Positions 18,661 to 25,816 of a stretch of DNA of 38,717 nt are shown piece by piece; the stretch's first letter is position 1, and each line of letters begins with the position of its first letter. Source of the stretch: a virus. The DNA lies in the IMG/VR virus record IMGVR_UViG_3300024259_000084; one strand, given 5' to 3'. The notes below the pieces were generated by a model that ran no database searches, had not been told where the DNA came from, and saw nothing but the letters and a program-made list of their open reading frames with translations. Both the position numbers and the translations under genes were made by a program.

Positions 18661-19021
18661 TCGTTTTTTTTCTTAATGTATCTGCTGGTGTCGCATCCTT
18701 TGATAAATTATGTCCTATACGGTGTGGTAATATTTTTTCTAATGTTAAATTTTTTAATTTTTCATTTGGTACAATCATTTTAGTTCCCCTGTCAGTCATA
18801 TAAAAAACAGTTTTACTTATTCCTACTCTAACTATACGAGCCTCTCTACCACTAATATAAATCACATCATCATTATTAAAATCATTACCAATAAAAATCA
18901 TTATAGCCTCTAAAGCGTTTGTTATAGATTCTTTAAATAAAAATCCCGCTACTATCATTAGCACCATCCACCCATAATGTCCTAACACATCTTCTACTAA
19001 CAGTTTTATTTCTTGATCCAC
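18653..19021 (-). CDS. Truncated MscS-like membrane protein (TM segment + MscS beta-domain)
   Basis: Hydrophobic YGWMVLMIVAGFLF, then FNNDDVIYISGREARIVRVGISKTVF...KMIVPNEKL, matching the MscS F..GD.I.....G.V..I....T......iPN..l pattern; GTG start with GGAGA SD. Confidence 0.7.
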   Translation of the reverse strand: MDQEIKLLVEDVLGHYGWMVLMIVAGFLFKESITNALEAIMIFIGNDFNNDDVIYISGREARIVRVGISKTVFYMTDRGTKMIVPNEKLKNLTLEKILPHRIGHNLSKDATPADTLRKKTND

Positions 19022-19054
19022 TTACATTCTCCAAATATATTATATTTCCCTTAT

Positions 19055-19062
19055 ATAAATAT
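19055..19062 (-). promoter_or_regulatory. ATATTTAT putative late-promoter motif
   Basis: Intergenic, about 34 nt upstream of the GTG at 19021. Confidence 0.45.
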
Positions 19063-19072
19063 AATATATACA

Positions 19073-19312
19073 CTAAATCGTATCATCCAAATTAATTAAT
19101 TTACGATTTAAATCTAATAAAACGTCTATTATATCATCATAATTACAATAATTTAATTCAACAAGTATTTTACCAAGTTTTCTATCGTCCCCCCTCATTT
19201 GATTTTGAATTGCCTTTGATAATTGTCGTTTTGTAATAGTATTAGTATTCAATAACAATTTTCCTAATTTTCCACTATCGTCATTATACACTGTATTTCT
19301 CCCATGGATCAT
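19073..19312 (-). CDS. Stand-alone MshEN-like (c-di-GMP-binding) domain protein, 79 aa
   Basis: Two 24-aa motifs KLGKLLLNTNTITKRQLSKAIQNQ and KLGKILVELNYCNYDDIIDVLLDL with a 6-aa spacer, versus the MshEN consensus RLGxxLLxxGLIxxxxLxxxLxxQ; no clear SD. Confidence 0.7.
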   Translation of the reverse strand: MIHGRNTVYNDDSGKLGKLLLNTNTITKRQLSKAIQNQMRGDDRKLGKILVELNYCNYDDIIDVLLDLNRKLINLDDTI

Positions 19313-19327
19313 AAATTATAATATACT

Positions 19328-20461
19328 TTAAGAATCAAATCTAATTAAAAATGAAAGTGGCAATTCTTTATCGTTTTTAATTGGATTTGATAATTTTGCT
19401 ATAACCATTAATTCATTTGCATCATTATAAAGACCTATATTAGTAATATAAGTCCCAAATTCTGAATGGGTTGTGAAATTCTGATAATGTGTTCCAGAAT
19501 CGTATGATAAATTATATGAACTACTTGCTGGTGGCATTACTAAATCAATAGTATTTTCATATTGTGGATTTTGAAGGTTTCCATCGTAAATATATTTTGC
19601 ACCCTGTGGGACATAAATACTTCCACTTCGTCCATTAACTGCACTTGGATTTGTAGTACCAGTAAATTCAAATTCTGGAACATGACAAACATATTCATAT
19701 TCATATGAAGTTTTTGTTGCTTGAAATGTAACAGTAAATCCATCAGTTCCATCATATTGTCCAGACGGTGATGAACCACTACCAATACTTGCAGAAATAT
19801 ATAGAGAACCTGTATCTGTAATTGTGATAAGTCCATGTTCGTAAAATACATTTCCCACGCAACTTCCAGTTAAAGGACTTCCACCAGGAGTTCCAGCGGC
19901 AAAACTTGCTGAATACTGGTAATCGTAGAGTTGTCCGTTTCCATCATCTCTTAAATCTAAAGTGGTGTCTCCACTATCATCTAATATCTTTACGGAGTGT
20001 GGTTTTATTTCTTCGCCATAGTATTCTTGTGGAATTGTTATAACATTAAATTTATTATGAAGTTGTCGTGGATTTATTGAACCCCAACTTTCTCTGCCAT
20101 GTGGCCATTTTCTACTCCAATCAGTGACAGTATAAATTGGGAATCTTGTAGTATTTGATTTTGGATTTGAAGTTTTATCGTATTGATAATATAGATGATT
20201 TAATGAATAATATAATGGAATCTTAAAAAAAGTTCCATCACTATACCAAGTTTTCCAATCTTTACCTACACTTTGAGAATCTTGATTAAATACACCATAA
20301 CTTTGAGATGCAGCTGATCCCGTTAGGAAATTGTGAAAACTACCACTCACACCTTCTATTCCATAAACACCACTTCCACTATCTGTTTGCGTGAAGGTGA
20401 ATTTTTTATAAGTTTTGAATTCTTTTATTGATCTATCGTCTGGAGATATATCCTTAAACAT
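19328..20461 (-). CDS. Tail/baseplate structural protein, paralogue family B (377 aa)
   Basis: C-terminal YITNIGLYNDANELMVIAKLSNP..RFDS shared with the two adjacent genes; LRDDGNGQL motif; structural gene context. Confidence 0.7.
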   Translation of the reverse strand: MFKDISPDDRSIKEFKTYKKFTFTQTDSGSGVYGIEGVSGSFHNFLTGSAASQSYGVFNQDSQSVGKDWKTWYSDGTFFKIPLYYSLNHLYYQYDKTSNPKSNTTRFPIYTVTDWSRKWPHGRESWGSINPRQLHNKFNVITIPQEYYGEEIKPHSVKILDDSGDTTLDLRDDGNGQLYDYQYSASFAAGTPGGSPLTGSCVGNVFYEHGLITITDTGSLYISASIGSGSSPSGQYDGTDGFTVTFQATKTSYEYEYVCHVPEFEFTGTTNPSAVNGRSGSIYVPQGAKYIYDGNLQNPQYENTIDLVMPPASSSYNLSYDSGTHYQNFTTHSEFGTYITNIGLYNDANELMVIAKLSNPIKNDKELPLSFLIRFDS

Positions 20462-20472
20462 TGGGATCTCCC

Positions 20473-21498
20473 TTAAAAATCAAGTCGTACTTTGATAAGT
20501 GCTTCGGTATTTTGGTCTTTTTTGAAAGGCTGAGATAATTTAGCAACTGCAAGAAGTTCATTCTTATCATTATATAAACCAACAGTTGTAATATATGAAG
20601 TTGGTTCGGTAATGAATGAATTATTTACGAGGGTAGCATTAGATCCTGTGAAATATGACGGATTTTGACTGTGATTAAATTCAGTATTTTGTACTCTACA
20701 GAAGTAAAATGAACTTCGTTTACGTTCTTCTCGTCGTGATGCAAAATATGATCCACTTTTTATAGAAGTGAATAGCTTTCTATGATTTAAGTCATTTGTA
20801 GAAGCACTACTTCCCATTGTATGCATAACTCTATCACTAAGTCCAGAAGATAAAGAACTTGGATTTAATAAAATTATACCCGTTTCAGGATAAAATAATC
20901 CATATGAACCTGAAGTTGTGGATGTTGCTGTTGAAGTTGCAGTTGTATGAACTCCGTTTGCAATTGAACCAGATACTACCCAAAATTCTCTTTGAGCATC
21001 TCCTACATTCGAGTTTGAAGAAGCTCCACTGTCATCGATGAGTTTAATAGTATTACTACCACTTGTTAAATGTAATTCCCAATTACCTGGATCCATCTTT
21101 TCTCTATATCGTGCACGATTTGCTACTACAGTTAGAACATCATCACTATAATAATTTGTACCAGAATCCCCATGAAAATTAAATTTAGTTGTTTCTGCTG
21201 GAAGTAAAACTTGTCTAAATTGAGAGTATATTGCTTTAGTAGGATTTGTTTCTCCAGTAGCAGTTCCACCTTCTGAACCGGAACCTAATCTATGACCATA
21301 CGATACAGCAAACTGAACATCCGTTGTTTGATCATCTGACGAATGTACGTCATAATAGTATTTTCCAGTATTGGATGATTGTACTGATCCAGTAAAAAAC
21401 GTGGTTAATGTTCCTACTGCACTTGACCACATTGGTTCAGCAACCGTACTGACCATATTTTCCAATTTATCTTTAGAATCAAAAACTTTAAATGACAT
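20473..21498 (-). CDS. Tail/baseplate structural protein, paralogue family B (341 aa)
   Basis: NRARYREKMDPGNWELHL and YITTVGLYNDKNELLAVAKLSQP, closely matching the neighbouring 347-aa gene; AAGGAG SD. Confidence 0.75.
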   Translation of the reverse strand: MSFKVFDSKDKLENMVSTVAEPMWSSAVGTLTTFFTGSVQSSNTGKYYYDVHSSDDQTTDVQFAVSYGHRLGSGSEGGTATGETNPTKAIYSQFRQVLLPAETTKFNFHGDSGTNYYSDDVLTVVANRARYREKMDPGNWELHLTSGSNTIKLIDDSGASSNSNVGDAQREFWVVSGSIANGVHTTATSTATSTTSGSYGLFYPETGIILLNPSSLSSGLSDRVMHTMGSSASTNDLNHRKLFTSIKSGSYFASRREERKRSSFYFCRVQNTEFNHSQNPSYFTGSNATLVNNSFITEPTSYITTVGLYNDKNELLAVAKLSQPFKKDQNTEALIKVRLDF

Positions 21499-21509
21499 TT
21501 AAGTTCTCC

Positions 21510-22553
21510 TTAAAAGTCCAATCTAACTTTTATTACAGCTTCTCTATCTCTTGATTTTAGTAATGGTTGACTTAATTTAGCTACTGCTAAAAGTTCATTG
21601 TTATCATTGTAAAGACCAACCGTAGTGATATAAGATTTTGGATCTTGAATAAATGTAGGATTTCTCAATTCTGCATTTGACCCTGTGTAATATGTTGGAT
21701 TTTGACTCCAGTTATATTCATCAGATCTAACTCTACAAAAGTAATGAGAAGATTTAATTTGTTCTTCTCTACGTGCTTGGAATTTTGCTCCTGTACTAAT
21801 AGATGATACTAATTCGTATGCAGTATTATCGTTTGTGGCAGTTGATCTTGTCAGTGTAATTGCGAGTGAATCTTGATTTAACGCGTATGCATTCAATACA
21901 ATAATACCGAGTTCTGGATAAAAATATCCAAATGAACCATTAGTTGCTGATTGGGCAACTGCTGTCGTTTTTATTGTTGCAGTACCACCACTTATTGAAC
22001 CACTAACTATGTTGAATACTCGTTGAGATGCGTTAACTGTTGAATCAGAAGTTGCACCACTATCGTCAATTAATTTTAAAGTATTTCCACCTTTAGTCAA
22101 ATGTAGTTCCCAGTTACCTGGATCTATTTTTTCTCTATATCTTGCTCTGTTTACACCAATCGCAAATACATCAGCTGCTTCATAAGATGTACCATCACCA
22201 TCAGCATTAAAATTGAATCGTGTTTCACTTGACGCATTTTTAATACAAATGTTTCTAACTTGACGATAAATTGCCTTTGTTGGATTGTTACCGGCAGATG
22301 TAGATAATGATCCACTTCCTTCGATGTGTCCATAAGACACAGCAAATTGTACCTGTCGTGTAGAATCACTTCCAGCTTTATCATATACATCATAATAATA
22401 ATCACCACTACTACCACTTTGAGTTGATCCGGTATAAAATGATGTTAGAGTATCAGCACCACCAGACCATACTGGTGATGAAATAGTACTTGGTATGTTT
22501 GTTCTTTTATCACTATTTTCTAAAATAGTAAAGAAGTTACTTACTTCACTCAT
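21510..22553 (-). CDS. Tail/baseplate structural protein, paralogue family B (347 aa)
   Basis: NRARYREKIDPGNWELHL and YITTVGLYNDNNELLAVAKLSQP; AAGGAGA SD. Confidence 0.75.
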   Translation of the reverse strand: MSEVSNFFTILENSDKRTNIPSTISSPVWSGGADTLTSFYTGSTQSGSSGDYYYDVYDKAGSDSTRQVQFAVSYGHIEGSGSLSTSAGNNPTKAIYRQVRNICIKNASSETRFNFNADGDGTSYEAADVFAIGVNRARYREKIDPGNWELHLTKGGNTLKLIDDSGATSDSTVNASQRVFNIVSGSISGGTATIKTTAVAQSATNGSFGYFYPELGIIVLNAYALNQDSLAITLTRSTATNDNTAYELVSSISTGAKFQARREEQIKSSHYFCRVRSDEYNWSQNPTYYTGSNAELRNPTFIQDPKSYITTVGLYNDNNELLAVAKLSQPLLKSRDREAVIKVRLDF

Positions 22554-22575
22554 TGTTTATCTCCTTAATATATCT

Positions 22576-22583
22576 ATAAATAT
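22576..22583 (-). promoter_or_regulatory. ATATTTAT putative late-promoter motif
   Basis: Intergenic, about 23 nt upstream of the ATG at 22553. Confidence 0.45.
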
Positions 22584-22595
22584 ATTGTTATTAAA

Positions 22596-23063
22596 TTATT
22601 TAAGTTTAAATCCACTAGAATCACCAACTCCACCTGTGTTTCCACCAACTCCACCTGTGTTTCCACCAACTCCACCTGTGTTTCCACCAACTCCACCTTT
22701 GTTTCCACCAACTCCACCTGTGTTTCCACCAACTCCACCTGTGTTTCCACCAACTCCACCTTTGTTTCCACCAACTCCACCTGTGTTTCCACCAATTCCA
22801 CCTGTGTTTCCACCAACTCCACCTGTGTTTCCACCAGATGCAACTACTATTGGAACCGATTTAATATCACTTCCATTATCATTACTTACAGCTAATGAAA
22901 CAGAATATACTCCACCGTTTATAAAAGTATGAGTAGGATTTTTATCCGTGGATGAATTACCATCTCCAAAATCCCAAAAATATGTTAACCCATCACCGAT
23001 GGAAGTATCATTAAAATTTATTGTTAACGGTGCTGTTCCCTGTTGTATTGACTGTACTGACAT
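22596..23063 (-). CDS. PKD-domain protein with a Gly-rich repeat tail (155 aa)
   Basis: GTAPLTINF...TYFWDFGDG...NPTHTF...G.YSVSL.VSN is a classic PKD; GAGGAG SD; then 10 GGNTGGV units. Confidence 0.85.
   Translation of the reverse strand: MSVQSIQQGTAPLTINFNDTSIGDGLTYFWDFGDGNSSTDKNPTHTFINGGVYSVSLAVSNDNGSDIKSVPIVVASGGNTGGVGGNTGGIGGNTGGVGGNKGGVGGNTGGVGGNTGGVGGNKGGVGGNTGGVGGNTGGVGGNTGGVGDSSGFKLK
22626..22835 (-). repeat. Ten tandem 21-bp units encoding GGN(T/K)GG(V/I)
   Basis: Unit ccaactccacctgtgtttcca on the + strand; variants K at units 4 and 7, I at unit 2. Confidence 0.97.
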
Positions 23064-23079
23064 TTTTATTCTCCTCTGG

Positions 23080-23616
23080 TTAAAATCCTATTGACCAAGT
23101 AAATCCTGAAATAGGTGGTAAATTTATATCACTTCCATCCGAATTTACTGACCAACTAAAATCTGATGTTGGTGCGTTCCAAGGAACGTACATTTCAAAT
23201 AAGTTATCATGTTCTAAGAAAAACTCATATACTTCTGTATCATCATAATTATCCGTTGTCGGTAAAATATCTATTATATCACCGACTCCAGTTAATTCTA
23301 TTTGGTCTTGTAAATTTGACAATGTTGGTCCATATCCAGTAGGTGGTGGATCTACTATAAACGAATTCATAATTTCTTTTTGATTTATAAATGATTCTAC
23401 CATGGGCATATTATCTATTATTCTTCCCTTTAAATTTGAAGATTGAGTTTCATCCCATAATCCATAATCTATTTCATCATCTCCTAATGCAAATTTAGTA
23501 ATGATATATGATAAATCTACTTCCCCATCACCAGAAATACAATCGGCCAAAACTTCTCTTCCACGTTTTGTAAAATTTGCAGTTACTGTTAGAGATGTTT
23601 TATCTAAATATCCCAC
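23080..23616 (-). CDS. Tail-associated protein, paralogue family A (N-terminal + middle domains, 178 aa)
   Basis: MGYLDK...TKRGR...ITKFALGDDEIDYGLWD shared with three other genes. Confidence 0.75.
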   Translation of the reverse strand: MGYLDKTSLTVTANFTKRGREVLADCISGDGEVDLSYIITKFALGDDEIDYGLWDETQSSNLKGRIIDNMPMVESFINQKEIMNSFIVDPPPTGYGPTLSNLQDQIELTGVGDIIDILPTTDNYDDTEVYEFFLEHDNLFEMYVPWNAPTSDFSWSVNSDGSDINLPPISGFTWSIGF

Positions 23617-23625
23617 TATTATTTC

Positions 23626-23880
23626 CTATATTATATTGAATGAAAAATTTGCAGTTGGTAATTGTGGAGTATATTCTTCTGCTGGTGGAGTAAAATATAC
23701 TCCACCACCAGGTTTAACCATTACATCTAATGTCCGAGTTGCTCCAGTATTCATTCCTGTTACTTTTAGTGTTGTAAACTTTGTAGTTGAAATTTCCTTT
23801 CCTTTTAATCTAACTCCACTACTAAACAAAGTTTTTTCTTTTCCAATACCATCTTTACCAACTTGTTTTGCACTTAACAT
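23626..23880 (-). CDS. Isolated C-terminal domain of paralogue family A (84 aa)
   Basis: TTLKVTGMNTGATRTLDVMVK matches TSIIITGQMSGAIYVLPIEVK and TSIVITGESSGAVIEFDVTV at the ends of the full-length paralogues; TAATG coupling at 23880. Confidence 0.65.
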   Translation of the reverse strand: MLSAKQVGKDGIGKEKTLFSSGVRLKGKEISTTKFTTLKVTGMNTGATRTLDVMVKPGGGVYFTPPAEEYTPQLPTANFSFNII

Positions 23881-24182
23881 TATTTATTACTCTCTTCAAT
23901 TCTATTTTTAAAAATAAAAGAATTCATAATTTCAGTATTTGTAATTATAGGTTCGAATACTGGTTGATTGTCTATTACTTGACCATATGGTTTTACAAAA
24001 TTAGAACCACTTGGGGTAACATCCCATAAACCATAATCCACTTCATCATCACCTAATGCAAATTTAGTAATAATGTGTTCTCTATTTTGATTTTCACCAA
24101 AAACAGCAGACCGTAGATAATCAATTCCACGTTTAGTCAATACTGCATCTAAAACTAAAGTTGTTTTATTTATAAATCCCAT
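23880..24182 (-). CDS. Isolated N-terminal domain of paralogue family A (100 aa)
   Basis: MGFINK...LDAVLTKRG...ITKFALGDDEVDYGLWD; TAATG coupling at 24182. Confidence 0.75.
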   Translation of the reverse strand: MGFINKTTLVLDAVLTKRGIDYLRSAVFGENQNREHIITKFALGDDEVDYGLWDVTPSGSNFVKPYGQVIDNQPVFEPIITNTEIMNSFIFKNRIEESNK

Positions 24183-24877
24183 TATACACCACCTGAAGTA
24201 TTATCCACATATTTTACTTCTATTGGAAGAACATAAATTGCCCCTGACATTTGTCCTGTTATAATTATTGAAGTTTCTCTATTAGATGTAAGCATTTGAG
24301 ATTTTATTGTTGATACTCTTGAAACTACCTTTTTACTCAATCTACCACTTTCTTCATTATAAACCGCTCCAATATCATAATTTACATTTTCACCTTGTCC
24401 TGTTCCAATATCAATTACATTTTTATTCAATACTAAAAAACTATATTTTTCATTGGAAAATGCTCCATCTGCTCCTACCGTACTTGGATTTAAAACGTGG
24501 TCACTCATTGACCATTTCGGAATTGTATTTCCATTATATTCTGTATTTAATGCATTCACACCTGTTAAACCAGTTGGAGGAGTTATGTTACTAATATATG
24601 GTAAAGCTGTTGTTCCTATTGGAAGTGTAATTAACTTATATTTCATTACCACTTCTGGATCAACAACTGGTTCTATCATTGGAGTACTTTCCAATACCGC
24701 ACCGTAATAATCTGTCCCCCTTGGGTGTGCTGTATCCCATAATGTATAATCTATTTCATCGTCTGCTAATGCAAACTTTGATATATTAAACTTACCATCA
24801 CTTTTTGATAGATATTCTCTACCTTTTTTAGTTAATACCGCATTTAGTATGTACGAAGTATTATTTATAAATCCCAT
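24182..24877 (-). CDS. Tail-associated protein, paralogue family A, full length (231 aa)
   Basis: MGFINN...LTKKGRE...ISKFALADDEIDYTLWD...GTDYYGAVLE. Confidence 0.75.
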   Translation of the reverse strand: MGFINNTSYILNAVLTKKGREYLSKSDGKFNISKFALADDEIDYTLWDTAHPRGTDYYGAVLESTPMIEPVVDPEVVMKYKLITLPIGTTALPYISNITPPTGLTGVNALNTEYNGNTIPKWSMSDHVLNPSTVGADGAFSNEKYSFLVLNKNVIDIGTGQGENVNYDIGAVYNEESGRLSKKVVSRVSTIKSQMLTSNRETSIIITGQMSGAIYVLPIEVKYVDNTSGGV

Positions 24878-24900
24878 TTATTTTCCTTCGTGTTATTATT

Positions 24901-25713
24901 TTATGATTTACGAACAGTAACATCAAACTCTATTACTGCCCCAGAACTTTCACCTGTAATTACTATTGAAGTTTTAGTTTGTTGTGAAATTCGTTTTGGA
25001 TAAATCATTATTGGTGCTGCCAACCCTGATTTTCTCAAATTACCACCACTACCTATTACTGTTCCAGAAATAGTTTGAGATATATGCTGAACATTATTCA
25101 CAAATGGTAGCCACAATGAATCTAATGATGTATTATTTGATTTTTCAACCATAACACCTTCTTTCACAGTTTGATAATCTGGAGCTAATAAAGCAATAGA
25201 TGAGTCTAACAAAGTAATAGTATAACTTTCTCCTGAATACAAGTTTTGATCGACAGCGCCATAGTTAGAATTATCTTTATGTTGAATTGATATTGCAACT
25301 CCTGGAGCACCAAATTTTTCTAATGTCGGTTCACCAACAACAAGCGCCCTATTGAAATCATTTTCTGTTGTCTCCCAAACTAATGCACTATTTGTTCCAG
25401 ATAATTGAGTGCTTGTGTTATTGGTTTCAACCAACTTTGCCATCGCCCGAGTACCATCGGATCTTGATACCAGTTTATATTTCATAATTTCAGATGGATC
25501 GTTAAATGGTTCTAGTGCTGGTAGATTTTCTATTACAGCTCCGTAATAATCCGTTCCCCTTGTATGTGTTGTATCCCATAGATCATAATCTATTTCATCA
25601 TCTCCCAATGCAAATTTACTGACTGTAAAATTTCCACCAGTTGACAAAAGTTCTCTACCCTTTTTTGTCAAAATAGCGTCTAATGTTCGTGTTGTATTAT
25701 TTAGATATCCCAT
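24901..25713 (-). CDS. Tail-associated protein, paralogue family A, full length (270 aa)
   Basis: MGYLNN...LDAILTKKGRE...VSKFALGDDEIDYDLWD...GTDYYGAVIE; AGGAGA SD. Confidence 0.75.
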   Translation of the reverse strand: MGYLNNTTRTLDAILTKKGRELLSTGGNFTVSKFALGDDEIDYDLWDTTHTRGTDYYGAVIENLPALEPFNDPSEIMKYKLVSRSDGTRAMAKLVETNNTSTQLSGTNSALVWETTENDFNRALVVGEPTLEKFGAPGVAISIQHKDNSNYGAVDQNLYSGESYTITLLDSSIALLAPDYQTVKEGVMVEKSNNTSLDSLWLPFVNNVQHISQTISGTVIGSGGNLRKSGLAAPIMIYPKRISQQTKTSIVITGESSGAVIEFDVTVRKS

Positions 25714-25784
25714 TTTTCTTTTCTCCTGTGTAAAATAATTTGGATTTTTTTATAAGATGTAATAAAACTTGTTATTCTTCACTT

Positions 25785-25792
25785 ATAAATAT
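25785..25792 (-). promoter_or_regulatory. ATATTTAT putative late-promoter motif
   Basis: In the 103-nt intergenic gap, about 72 nt upstream of the ATG at 25713. Confidence 0.4.
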
Positions 25793-25816
25793 AATTTTTT
25801 TTAGTTTTCATCATTT

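Noticed and set aside
22626-22835. CRISPR array
   Set aside because: The repeats are directly adjacent with no unique spacers, and lie in frame within a PKD gene
22495-22932. Alternative-frame ORFs over the repeat (PPVFPPT on +, VETQVEL on -)
   Set aside because: They are open only because the 21-bp unit lacks stops; the GGNTGGV frame is contiguous with a PKD domain and an SD
25714-25816. Rho-independent terminator in the largest structural intergenic gap
   Set aside because: Only a weak all-AT stem of about 5 bp; no GC-rich hairpin with a U-tract
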